DNA from: an uncultured candidatus Porisulfidus sp. | GTDB taxonomy: Bacteria > Pseudomonadota > Gammaproteobacteria > Poriferisulfidales > Poriferisulfidaceae | Direction: 5' to 3' | DNA length: 64,000 nucleotides | Assembly: GCA_965116025.1 (NCBI GenBank) | Contig: OZ220480.1 | Coordinates: 1,312,001-1,376,000, forward strand | Program-made: the position numbers and the translations under genes | Shown here: positions 51,684 to 61,217 of the stretch, piece after piece | Layout of the letters: each line of letters opens with the position of its first letter | Position numbering within the stretch: the stretch's first letter is position 1 | Notes under the pieces: generated by a model | Database searches by the model: none | Told to the model about the DNA's origin: nothing | Seen by the model: the letters and a program-made list of their open reading frames with translations, nothing else

Positions 51684-54134
51684 ATGAGCAAGAAACCCGC
51701 AACGAAAACAGCCCGCCCCAAGGCCAGAAAGCCCGCCGGCGGCCCGTCGCTTCCGGTCCTGCCGCTGCGCGACGTGGTAGTGTACCCGGGCATGGTGATC
51801 CCGCTGTTCGTGGGGCGGAAGAAGTCCATTCGCGCGGTGGAGGCGGCGATGGCCGCCAACAAGCAGATTTTGCTGCTGACGCAGAAGAAGGCCGAGACCG
51901 ACGACCCGGACCCGGAGAGCATCCACTCGGTCGGCACGGTCAGCTCGATTCTCCAGTTGCTGGAGCTTCCGGACGGCACCGTCAAGGTGCTGGTGGAGGG
52001 CGCGAGCCGGGCGCGCGTGGTTCGCTACGAGCGCGCCGACGACTATTTCGGCGCGCGCGTCGAGATCCTGACCGAGACCGCGGGCGCGGAACCGGCCCAG
52101 ATCGAGGGGCTGGCGCGCTCCCTGCACAAGGGTTTCGAGCGCTACGCCAAGGTCAACAAGAAGATCCCGCCCGAGGCGCTGGCGTCCTTGTCCGGGATCG
52201 ACAACGCGTCGCGGCTCACCGACACGATCTCGGCGCATATGACCCTTAATCTGGACGAGAAGCAGAAGATTCTCGAGATCCTTTCGGTCCGGGAGCGCAT
52301 CGAGGCGTTGCTCAAGCTGATCGAGTCGGAATTGGACATCCTGAGCTTGGAGAAGCAGATCCGCGGTCGCGTCAAGCAACAGATGGAGAAGAGCCAGCGC
52401 GAGTACTACCTGAACGAGCAGATGAAGGCGATTCAGCAGGAGCTTTCCGATAACGACGACGGCGCGAGCGCGGTCGACGAGCTGGCCGAGAAAATTGAGA
52501 AGGCGGGCATGTCGGAGGAGGCCAAGAAGAAGGCCTCGCACGAGCTGGGCAAGTTGCGGATGATGTCGCCGATGTCGGCGGAGGCGACGGTGGTCCGGAA
52601 CTATATCGACTGGCTGGTCAACGCGCCTTGGAAGAAGCGCTCCCGAGTGTGCCGCGACCTCAAGAAGGCCGAGCGCGTCTTGGAGAAGGAGCACTATGGC
52701 CTGGACAAGGTCAAGGAGCGCATTCTGGAATATCTGGCGGTGCAGAACCGCGTGAGGAAGATCAAGGGTCCGATCTTGTGCCTGGTCGGCCCGCCGGGCG
52801 TCGGCAAGACCAGCTTGGGGCAATCGATCGCGCGCGCCACCGGGCGCGAGTTCACCCGCATGTCGTTGGGGGGAGTGCGCGACGAGGCGGAGATTCGGGG
52901 ACATCGGCGCACCTACATCGGCTCCCTGCCTGGGAAGATCATCCAGAACATGTCGCGGGTCGGGGTGCGCAACCCGCTGTTTCTGCTCGACGAGATCGAC
53001 AAGATGGCGATGGACTTCCGCGGCGATCCGGCGTCGGCGTTGCTGGAGGTGCTGGACCCGGAGCAGAACCACATGTTCAACGACCACTATCTGGAGGTGG
53101 ACTTCGACCTGTCGGACGTGATGTTCGTGTGCACCGCGAACACGTTGCGGATTCCCCCCGCCTTGCTGGATCGGATGGAGGTGATCCGCATCTCGGGCTA
53201 TACCGAGGACGAGAAGATGAACATCGCCCGGCGCTATTTGATCCCGAAGCAGATGAAGGATAACGGGCTGAAGAAGACGGAGCTGATGATTCCGGATCGG
53301 GCGGTCCGGAGCGTGATTCGCTACTACACGCGCGAGGCGGGGGTGCGCAATCTGGAACGCGAGCTGTCCAAGGTGTGCCGGAAGACCGTCAAGCAGTTAC
53401 TGCTCAAGCCGCGCGAGAAGCAGATCCGGGTCTCCTCGGCGCAATTGCGCAAGTTGCTGGGCGTGCGCCGCTACCGCTATGGGCTGGCCGACGAGAACAA
53501 CCAGATCGGGCAGGTCAACGGCTTGGCTTGGACCGAGGTCGGCGGCGAGCTGTTGCGCGTGGAGGCCGCGATCGTCACCGGCTCCGGGAAGCTGATCTAC
53601 ACCGGTCGGCTGGGCGACATCATGCAGGAGTCGATCAAGGCGGCGCAGACGGTGGTGCGCAGCCGGGCCAAAACGCTCGGCATCCCGCATGATTTCCACG
53701 AGAAGAAGGACATTCACATCCATGTCCCCGAAGGCGCGACCCCCAAGGACGGTCCGAGCGCGGGGGTCACCATGACGGTGGCGATCGTGTCCGCCCTGAC
53801 CGAGATCCCGGTAAAGGCCGAGGTCGCGATGACCGGAGAGATCACGTTGCGCGGAGAGGTCCTCCCGATCGGGGGACTCAAGGAGAAGCTGCTGGCGGCC
53901 ATGCGCGGCGGCGTTCGCACCGTTCTCATTCCAAAAGAGAACGAGAAGGACTTGGTCGAGTTGCCGCGCAACATCCGTCAGGCCTTGGAGATCGTTCCCT
54001 GCCAGTGGATCGACGAGATCATGGAGCTCGCCTTGGAGTGGATGCCGCGGCCGGAACTGGAGGAAGGCGCTCCACCCACGGGCGAGAAGCCGCCGGAGAA
54101 AAAAGCCCGCCCAGACCCGGCCATCCATCATTGA
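51684..54134 (+). CDS. lon: Lon protease
   Basis: LPLRDVVVYP, GPPGVGKTS, PKDGPSAG, IGGLKEK. Confidence 0.98.
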   Translation: MSKKPATKTARPKARKPAGGPSLPVLPLRDVVVYPGMVIPLFVGRKKSIRAVEAAMAANKQILLLTQKKAETDDPDPESIHSVGTVSSILQLLELPDGTVKVLVEGASRARVVRYERADDYFGARVEILTETAGAEPAQIEGLARSLHKGFERYAKVNKKIPPEALASLSGIDNASRLTDTISAHMTLNLDEKQKILEILSVRERIEALLKLIESELDILSLEKQIRGRVKQQMEKSQREYYLNEQMKAIQQELSDNDDGASAVDELAEKIEKAGMSEEAKKKASHELGKLRMMSPMSAEATVVRNYIDWLVNAPWKKRSRVCRDLKKAERVLEKEHYGLDKVKERILEYLAVQNRVRKIKGPILCLVGPPGVGKTSLGQSIARATGREFTRMSLGGVRDEAEIRGHRRTYIGSLPGKIIQNMSRVGVRNPLFLLDEIDKMAMDFRGDPASALLEVLDPEQNHMFNDHYLEVDFDLSDVMFVCTANTLRIPPALLDRMEVIRISGYTEDEKMNIARRYLIPKQMKDNGLKKTELMIPDRAVRSVIRYYTREAGVRNLERELSKVCRKTVKQLLLKPREKQIRVSSAQLRKLLGVRRYRYGLADENNQIGQVNGLAWTEVGGELLRVEAAIVTGSGKLIYTGRLGDIMQESIKAAQTVVRSRAKTLGIPHDFHEKKDIHIHVPEGATPKDGPSAGVTMTVAIVSALTEIPVKAEVAMTGEITLRGEVLPIGGLKEKLLAAMRGGVRTVLIPKENEKDLVELPRNIRQALEIVPCQWIDEIMELALEWMPRPELEEGAPPTGEKPPEKKARPDPAIHH

Positions 54135-54283
54135 GCGGGCCGCTAGCGACGGTGGGCCGATTCGTCCTATAATTGACTCGTCAACCCCGCGGGGGAAAAG
54201 AGAGTTCCGCGGGTTTGTCTTATAATGGCGCGGCTTCGGCCGTGTCCGCAATTACCTCACTATCAACTCGGAGAACGAAAACA

Positions 54284-54556
54284 ATGAACAAAAATGATCT
54301 CGCATCGGTAATGGCCGATGAAGCCGGAATCACGAAGTCCGCGGCCTCCAAGGCTCTGGACGCGATGACGGGCGCTATCAAGGACGCGTTGCGCGCGGGG
54401 GACAAGGTCAGCATTCCCGGCTTCGGCACGTTTCAATCCAAGCACCGCCCCGCCCGCGATGGGCGAAATCCGGCGACTGGAGAGGCCATGCGAATCAAGG
54501 CGTCCAACAGTCCCTCGTTCAAGGCCGGGAAGACCTTCAAGGACGCGTTGAATTAA
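54284..54556 (+). CDS. hupB: DNA-binding protein HU
   Basis: MNKNDL, GFGTF, GRNPATGE, FKAGKTFKDALN. Confidence 0.95.
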   Translation: MNKNDLASVMADEAGITKSAASKALDAMTGAIKDALRAGDKVSIPGFGTFQSKHRPARDGRNPATGEAMRIKASNSPSFKAGKTFKDALN

Positions 54557-54566
54557 TGTATTCACG

Positions 54567-54642
54567 GGGCGCTTAGCTCAGTCGGTAGAGCGTCGCCCTT
54601 ACAAGGCGGATGTCGGGGGTTCAAGTCCCTCAGCGCCCACCA
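54567..54642 (+). tRNA. tRNA-Val(TAC)
   Basis: GGGCGCT/AGCGCCC acceptor stem, TAC anticodon, TTCAA, CCA. Confidence 0.97.
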
Positions 54643-54669
54643 TGTCAAGGGCGGAGCCGACCGCCGCGC

Positions 54670-54746
54670 GGAGTGGTAGTTCAGTTGGTTAGAATACCGG
54701 CCTGTCACGCCGGTGGTCGCGGGTTCGAGTCCCGTCCACTCCGCCA
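54670..54746 (+). tRNA. tRNA-Asp(GTC)
   Basis: GGAGTGG/CCACTCC acceptor stem, CCGGC-CTGTCAC-GCCGG, TTCGA, CCA. Confidence 0.97.
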
Positions 54747-54801
54747 GTCGTCGGAAGACGGCTGGTTACAGGGCCCGGCCTGATTCGGATCCGGACCCGA
54801 C

Positions 54802-56664
54802 ATGCTTCACGTAATTCGCGAGCGCGCCACCGGATGGGTGGCGTACCTGATCATTCTGGTCATCAGCATCCCGTTCGCTCTATGGGGCATCAGCGAGTAT
54901 CTGGGTTTCGGGGGTGGCGCCGACGTGGCGGAGGTCAACGATCAGTCGATTCCCGTCGAGCGGTATAACCAGGCCTACCAGGAAAGCCGATCCCAGAACC
55001 CCTCTCCGCCCGGCGCGGACCCTGATCGATGGGAGCGCTCCCTGAGAGAGCGGGCTCTGGACGGACTGATTGATCGAACGCTTCTGTTCCAGTTTCTGGA
55101 TCGCGAGCGAATCGATGTCACCGACGAGGCGGTGGCGCGTGACATCCAGTCTCTGGACCTATTTCAAGTCGATGGCCGCTTCGACGAGGAGCGCTACCGC
55201 CAGATCCTGAAATCCAACCGGACTACGCCGGCCCTCTTCGAGGCGGATCGGCGCGAGGGCATGCGCACTAGCGTAGTCGCGCGGATGCTCGCGGACTCCG
55301 CGTTCGCGACGGATGCCGAGGCGAAAGAGTACCGAGCCCTGAAGGACCAGACCCGCGACATCCGGTATTTCGTGATCGGCACGGATCGCTTCCTCGACCC
55401 TGATGCGGTGACCGAGGAAGAGATCAAGGCCGATTATGAGGAATCCAGGGATCTCCACGCGACTCCAGAGCGAGTCCGGGTGTCCTATCTGGAACTGCGT
55501 CTCGACGAGATGGACGACGGCGCGCCGTTGAAAGAGGAGGAGATCTCGGCCTACTACGAGGCGCACGCTCTGGATTTCATGACCCCGGAACTGCGGGATT
55601 TGCGGCAGATTTTCCTGAAGGGCGCGGATGCCGAGGAACGAGCCCGGGCGCTGTACCAGCGTCTTCAGGAAGGAGCGGATTTCGCCGAGCTGGCGTCGTC
55701 GGATTCGCAGGACGACCTGAGTCGCGAGCGGGGCGGGGCGGTTGGCTGGGTCGCGGCGGAGGATATTCCGGAAGATCTGGCGGCCCTCGCGTTCAGCTTG
55801 GAGCTCGGCTCGGTGAGCGAGCCGATCCAGACCGAGAGGGGCGTGTATCTGCTAGAGGTTCGGGAAGTCCAGGAGTCGCGGCTCCAGCCCCTTGAAGACG
55901 TGCGAGACCGGGTCGCCGAACGGGCCCGGCGAGCCGGACTGGAGAGTCGCTACGCGGCCGCGGCCGAGGAACTCGGCTTGCTGGCCTACGAGAATCCGGA
56001 GAGTCTCGCCGTGGCGGCTGAGCGCTTGGGTATGGAAACGCGGAGCACCGACTTGGTTCCCTTGTCGGATTTGCCGGAAGGGGCTTTGACGCGAGAAGCG
56101 GTCCGCGCGGCCTTGCGTCGCGATGAGGTACTGCGCGGCGGGATGAATAGCGACCGAATCGACTTGGAGGTCGACTGGTCGGTTGTGGTGCGCGTCGACG
56201 AGCGCGAGGAGGCCCAAATCCTCCCGTTGGAGACGGTGGCTGATCGGATTCGTGACGGCCTGGCGCGGCAGGCGGCTTGGTCCGATCTGCTTTCTCACGC
56301 GATGGATCTTACCGAGCGGTTGGGAGAGGAGCCCGATATCGAGGCGCTCGCCGAGGGCGACGGAGCTGAGCTGGTCATTCGCGATGGGCTATCCCGGCAG
56401 GTTCGGGATATTCCTCCGCCTATTTTGGAGAAAGCGTTCTCCTTGCCGCGCCCGGAAGGACCCTCTTCTTTCGGGGTGGCGGTCCTGCTCGATGGCGTGG
56501 CGATGGTCGCGCTGGATGCCGTGCGCGAGACGGTTCCAGAGCGAGTTCAGGAAGAGGATCGCGACATGTTGCGCGACCAGACGCGGCTTGGCGAGGCCGC
56601 GGCCTTCCAGCGCGCGCTCCGCGCGAAGGCGGAGATCGTTCGCTACCCTGATCGGCTAGAGTAG
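54802..56664 (+). CDS. ppiD: Periplasmic chaperone / PPIase D
   Basis: N-terminal TM, SurA-like domain, parvulin-like FAELA..SQD..S..GG..G, synteny after hupB. Confidence 0.9.
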   Translation: MLHVIRERATGWVAYLIILVISIPFALWGISEYLGFGGGADVAEVNDQSIPVERYNQAYQESRSQNPSPPGADPDRWERSLRERALDGLIDRTLLFQFLDRERIDVTDEAVARDIQSLDLFQVDGRFDEERYRQILKSNRTTPALFEADRREGMRTSVVARMLADSAFATDAEAKEYRALKDQTRDIRYFVIGTDRFLDPDAVTEEEIKADYEESRDLHATPERVRVSYLELRLDEMDDGAPLKEEEISAYYEAHALDFMTPELRDLRQIFLKGADAEERARALYQRLQEGADFAELASSDSQDDLSRERGGAVGWVAAEDIPEDLAALAFSLELGSVSEPIQTERGVYLLEVREVQESRLQPLEDVRDRVAERARRAGLESRYAAAAEELGLLAYENPESLAVAAERLGMETRSTDLVPLSDLPEGALTREAVRAALRRDEVLRGGMNSDRIDLEVDWSVVVRVDEREEAQILPLETVADRIRDGLARQAAWSDLLSHAMDLTERLGEEPDIEALAEGDGAELVIRDGLSRQVRDIPPPILEKAFSLPRPEGPSSFGVAVLLDGVAMVALDAVRETVPERVQEEDRDMLRDQTRLGEAAAFQRALRAKAEIVRYPDRLE

Positions 56665-56701
56665 CCCTCGTCTTTAATATCAGCGAAACAAGAGACACAT
56701 C

Positions 56702-57961
56702 ATGCGCATGGCGGTACATTGGCAAATCCTGCTCGCGTTGGCCTTGGCCGTCTTGGTCGGGATGACTCTGGAGCCGGACGGAGCCGTCGGCTCGGCAGTC
56801 GTCCCCGTGCTGGATTTCATCGGGAAGCTGTTCCTGAATGCCCTGAAGATGATCATCGTGCCGTTGATCGTGTCCTCCATCATCATCGGAATCGGGAACC
56901 TTGGGGCGGGCGCGCTCGGCTCCTTGGGAGGCAAGACGCTTCTGTACTATCTGACGACCAGCGCGCTGGCGATCGCCGCGGGGCTGGTGCTGGTCAATCT
57001 GGCGCAACCGGGCCTCACCGGCGACGGGATTCCGGCGCGGGAGGTGCTGGGTCTGCACGAGGACACGGGACAGATCACCGACAAGGTGGCCGGTCGTGGA
57101 GCCGCCGATGTGGTGGGTGTGTTCCTGCGGATGATTCCGACCAACATCGTGGCGGCCGCGGCGGAAGGGCAGATGCTCGGCCTGATCTTTTTCAGTCTCC
57201 TGTTCGGCTACTTCATGGCGCGCGTTTTCGAGGGCGCGCGCGACACCCTGCATACGTTCTGGCAGGGCGTGCAGGAAGTTATGATGAAGATCACGCATCT
57301 CATTATGCTGTTCGCCCCGGTCGGGGTGTTCGCCTTGGTGGGCAAAGTGGTCATCACCTCGGGACTGGAGATATTCATCCCGCTGGCCTCGTTCTTCTTC
57401 ACCGTGCTGGGCGCCTTGGCGTTGCACATGTTCGTGATTCTGCCGCTCCTGATGCGCTCGTTCGGAATCTCTCCGCTACGGCATTTTCGCGCCATGCTGT
57501 CCGCCCTTCTGACCGCGTTCTCCACCAGCTCGTCCTCGGCGACGTTGCCGGTGACGCTGGACTGCGTTAAGAGGCGGGCGGGCGTCTCCAACCGCGTGGG
57601 CAGTTTCGTGCTGCCGCTCGGTGCCACCGTCAACATGGACGGCACCGCATTGTACGAGTGCGTGGCGGTGCTGTTTCTGGCGCAGGCTTATGGTTTGGAC
57701 CTAAGCGTCGCGCAACAGGCCACGGTCGTGATACTGGCGCTTTTGACCTCGATCGGCGTGGCAGGGATTCCGGCCGCGAGTTTGGTCGCGATCGTGCTGA
57801 TCTTGGGCGTGGTGGGTCTGCCGGCGGAGGCGGTCGGCCTGATCCTGGCCGTCGACCGTCTGCTTGACATGTGTCGCACCAGCGTCAACGTGTTCGGCGA
57901 TTCGAGCGGCGCGGTGGTGATCGCCCGTAGCGAGGGAGAGGAGACGGATGTGCGAGCTTGA
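56702..57961 (+). CDS. Dicarboxylate/amino acid:cation symporter (GltP/DctA family)
   Basis: [38 protein letters not shown]. Confidence 0.95.
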   Translation: MRMAVHWQILLALALAVLVGMTLEPDGAVGSAVVPVLDFIGKLFLNALKMIIVPLIVSSIIIGIGNLGAGALGSLGGKTLLYYLTTSALAIAAGLVLVNLAQPGLTGDGIPAREVLGLHEDTGQITDKVAGRGAADVVGVFLRMIPTNIVAAAAEGQMLGLIFFSLLFGYFMARVFEGARDTLHTFWQGVQEVMMKITHLIMLFAPVGVFALVGKVVITSGLEIFIPLASFFFTVLGALALHMFVILPLLMRSFGISPLRHFRAMLSALLTAFSTSSSSATLPVTLDCVKRRAGVSNRVGSFVLPLGATVNMDGTALYECVAVLFLAQAYGLDLSVAQQATVVILALLTSIGVAGIPAASLVAIVLILGVVGLPAEAVGLILAVDRLLDMCRTSVNVFGDSSGAVVIARSEGEETDVRA

Positions 57962-58032
57962 TGTCGGCAACCATGCGGGTCTGTTGCGTGCCTGGGGTTC
58001 AGTAGGGCTATTGCGAGCGAGGTCAAGATGCC

Positions 58033-58980
58033 ATGAGTGATACGCAACGTCCTCTTGATTTATCTGGAAGGCCGAGCGCGCGAGAGGTGCTTGACCGCAT
58101 CCGCTCCGAAAGCCGCGACGAATCCGAGAAAGGCCGTTGGTTTGAAAATCTATTCATGCGGATTGCCCGCCAGCAGGCGGAATTTGAAGTTGATGATATC
58201 TGGCATTGGCAAGACTGGCCTGAGAGAGAAAGATTGACCAATCTTGACGGTCGGGATATCGGCATTGATCTTGTAGCGAGACGAACCACGGGCGAATGGA
58301 TTGCCATCCAGTGCAAATGCTATGACGAGCGGCACACTCTCGGCAAAGGTGAGATCGACAAATTTCTTGGTGGCTCGCAACAGCAGGTTTTTCGTATGCG
58401 CTGGGTCGTAGCGACTTGTCGGTGGGGAGATAGAGCTGAAGCGGCGATCCGGAATGCTAATCCTCAAGTAACGCAGATCGATTTTCAGGAGTATCTCGAC
58501 GTTCAGGTAGAGGAAAAGGATATCGAGCGCCCAGTGCAGGAGCCTTGGCCTCTCCAAAAAGAAGCGATTGAAGATGTCATTGATGGATTCTCCGCGCATG
58601 ACAGAGGGCGTCTCACCATGGCCTGCGGTACAGGCAAGACCTTCACCGCGCTTCGCGTCGCCGAGCGAATCGTCGAGAGCGGAAAATCGATTTTGTTTGT
58701 GGCGCCAACCATCGCACTGGTCTCCCAAGCTCGCCGGGAATGGTTGCGATTAACCACTCGCCCTCTTAACTGCGTTGTTGTATGCTCCGATTCTGGTGCT
58801 GGTGGGCGTAATGAGAATGAGGATATTAAGCTCTCCGAACTTGAATGTCCTGTTCACACAGATCCTGCCAAGATCGCCCGTGAATTAAGACGAGGAGAAT
58901 CGACTCGTGTAGTGTTTTCCACTTATCAATCGTTGGATAAGGCGTTAATGCCGACAGAAGGGATTTCTGCGAATTCATGA
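58033..58980 (+). pseudogene. Truncated type ISP (LlaGI-like) restriction-modification gene: Mrr nuclease plus start of helicase
   Basis: DIGIDLVA..AIQCKCY, MACGTGKT, VFSTYQS, then ends before DEAH; only 315 aa. Confidence 0.8.
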
Positions 58981-59429
58981 AAGAAGCTCGTGCGGACCTG
59001 AAGGAGATTCGCGGTGACCTCCTGAAAATTTTGAAGCGATTGCCTTCTGCCGTTATTTCAAGCTAGCCTTTTGAAATTAACGGCCTTGGGGAAAGACATA
59101 TCGGAAATGCTTGGCGCGTGCGAATAGGACACGACGAATCGCAACCGCGCTTGGCGAGGAGTGGCGGGCAAGCAACCACACGAGATTCAAGGTTTTTGCC
59201 CAAATATGTCTAGGAATTCAAGCCGGTCCTTGAGCAAGAGGCGAAAATCGGAACGTGCACTCTATGAAAGGGTAGTTGATCAAGGTGAAGTGACTGACGT
59301 TTTGGCCATCAAATTACGTGATGCTTTGCTGAAAAGACCTGATTGTTGTGTAGCTGGTCGCGTTGCCTCTCGCCATTCTGACTTCGGTTGTTTAGCTTGC
59401 GACCAAACGCGTCAAAGGCCGCGATGCCC

Positions 59430-59540
59430 TCACTCGTGACCCTCACGGATCAGCACTTCCAGAGGCGTTTGTTCGCGACCTTCGGTTTTGCGTAATCGGT
59501 TCGTCGCCTCAAGAAACGCTGCATGCGTTTCTTGAGGCTT
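59430..59540 (-). pseudogene. Remnant C-terminus of a FitA-like antitoxin
   Basis: Minus-strand frame reads AAFLEATNRLRKTEGREQTPLEVLIREGHE*; no N-terminal RHH domain. Confidence 0.4.
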
Positions 59541-59617
59541 CACTACACCATCGCCAATTCTTGGTTGCGCCAAACGTGCTATTATGCGGTCAATTTCGCG
59601 ATCACATGGAGTTGTTC

Positions 59618-59857
59618 ATGGTCACGGTTAGCCTAGCGCAGGCAAAAACGCGTCTGAGTGAGCTTCTAAACGATGTAGAGGCGGGCCAGGAGGTGGTTAT
59701 AACCCGCCGTGGTAAGGCTGTAGCACGCCTTTCTTCTGCTAGCCAAGTGAAAAAGCCATTGCCGTTGCGAGATCTTGCTCGGTTTCGGGCAACCATGCCT
59801 GGGTTGCGGCGTCCCGCCGCGGAGTTATTGCGTGAGATTCGGGATGAGGGGTTGTGA
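59618..59857 (+). CDS. Phd/YefM-family antitoxin
   Basis: VSLAQAKTRLSELL..VEAGQEVVITRRGKAVARL. Confidence 0.92.
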   Translation: MVTVSLAQAKTRLSELLNDVEAGQEVVITRRGKAVARLSSASQVKKPLPLRDLARFRATMPGLRRPAAELLREIRDEGL

Positions 59858-60324
59858 GACCGGCAGTCGTCCACATGCGTTATTTCGATACCAGTTTCCT
59901 CGTCCCTCTCATCCTTCCAGAATCGACCAGCGGGCTGATCGCTGAATTTTTCGAGAACTTGCCAGCGAATGATTTGGCGGTTAGCCATTGGACCCAGGTC
60001 GAGTTCGCCTCATTGCTTGCCCGTGAAGTGCGTATGGGAAAGTTGGATACCGTGGTGGCGAGCGAGGCTTACTCACGGTTCGAGACCATGGTCAAGGAGT
60101 CTTTTGTTGTCCTGTTACCGAAGTCGGAAGATTTCGACCGAGCCAAGGATTGGCTTGGCCGCTTCGAGACCGGTCTGAGGGCTGGTGACGCGTTGCATCT
60201 CGCCATCGCGTCAAATCGCTCCGTAGATTCGGTCTATAGCCTTGACAAACTGATGATAGCAGTGGGGAAAAAGCTGGGTCTGTCCGCGAATGAGGGGATC
60301 ATTCTTCCAGGCTATGACGATTGA
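59854..60324 (+). CDS. vapC: VapC/PIN-domain toxin
   Basis: YFDTSFLV, E in VEFAS, LRAGDALHLAIA, SLDK; GTGA overlap with the antitoxin. Confidence 0.9.
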   Translation: MRPAVVHMRYFDTSFLVPLILPESTSGLIAEFFENLPANDLAVSHWTQVEFASLLAREVRMGKLDTVVASEAYSRFETMVKESFVVLLPKSEDFDRAKDWLGRFETGLRAGDALHLAIASNRSVDSVYSLDKLMIAVGKKLGLSANEGIILPGYDD

Positions 60325-60395
60325 TTATGGCTATACGTCACGTTTGGGCCGATAGTCCCTTTGCTTTTTGATCGATAAGTGTCTGGCCAGCCGAA

Positions 60396-61184
60396 TCAAA
60401 CGTCGAAGTCGGTCATGCCCACGGTGTTGTAGCCAGCATCGACATGGGTGATCTCGCCGGTGATGCCGCTGGCTATGTCTGAGCACAGAAAGGCGGCCGC
60501 ATGGCCGACATCCCGCTGGGTGACGTTTCTGCGAAGCGGCGCGTTCTTCGCCACATGGTCCAGCATCGTGCGGAAGTTTCCGATGCCCGCGGCGGCCAGA
60601 GTCTTGATAGGTCCGGCGGAAATCCCGTTGACCCGGATTTGCTCCGGCCCCATAGCGTAGGCGAGATAGCGCACGTTCGCCTCGAGACTGGCCTTGGCCA
60701 GCCCCATCACGTTGTAGTTCGGCATGCTGCGCGTCGCCCCGAGGTAGGTCAGCGCTAGAATGGCCGACGGATGTCCGCGCATCATCGGTCGAGCGGCTCG
60801 GGCTAAGGCGGTCAGGCTGTAGCTGCTGATGTCGTGCGCTGTGGCGAAAGCCTCGCGCGACGTGTTCTCGCAAAAATCCCCGTCTAGCGCCTCGCGGGGC
60901 GCGTAGGCGATGCTGTGCACCAGAATGTCAAGTTCGGGCCAACGTTCTCCCAGCCGCGCGAAGGTCTCCTCCACTTGGTCCTTCTCGGCCACGTCGCAGG
61001 GCAGGGTCATCGCGTCGCCGCAGATCTCGGCAAGCCGGTCGATCCGAGATTTCAGCTTCTCGTTCTGGTAGGTCAACGCCAGATCCGCTCCCTGTTCGCG
61101 CATGCATTCGGCGATGCCCCACGCGATGGAGCGATCGCTCGCGACCCCGGTGATGAGCGCTTTCTTGCCGTCCAGGAATCCCAT
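60396..61184 (-). CDS. fabI: Enoyl-ACP reductase
   Basis: MGFLDGKKALITG, SIAWGIA, YNVMGLAKASLEA, ISAGPIKTLAA. Confidence 0.97.
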   Translation of the reverse strand: MGFLDGKKALITGVASDRSIAWGIAECMREQGADLALTYQNEKLKSRIDRLAEICGDAMTLPCDVAEKDQVEETFARLGERWPELDILVHSIAYAPREALDGDFCENTSREAFATAHDISSYSLTALARAARPMMRGHPSAILALTYLGATRSMPNYNVMGLAKASLEANVRYLAYAMGPEQIRVNGISAGPIKTLAAAGIGNFRTMLDHVAKNAPLRRNVTQRDVGHAAAFLCSDIASGITGEITHVDAGYNTVGMTDFDV

Positions 61185-61217
61185 GATTTCAGTATTCGCC
61201 ACCTTGGCGGGTATAGA

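Noticed and set aside
49055-53087. 694-aa and 497-aa minus-strand ORFs
   Set aside because: Antisense shadows of tig/clpP/clpX/lon
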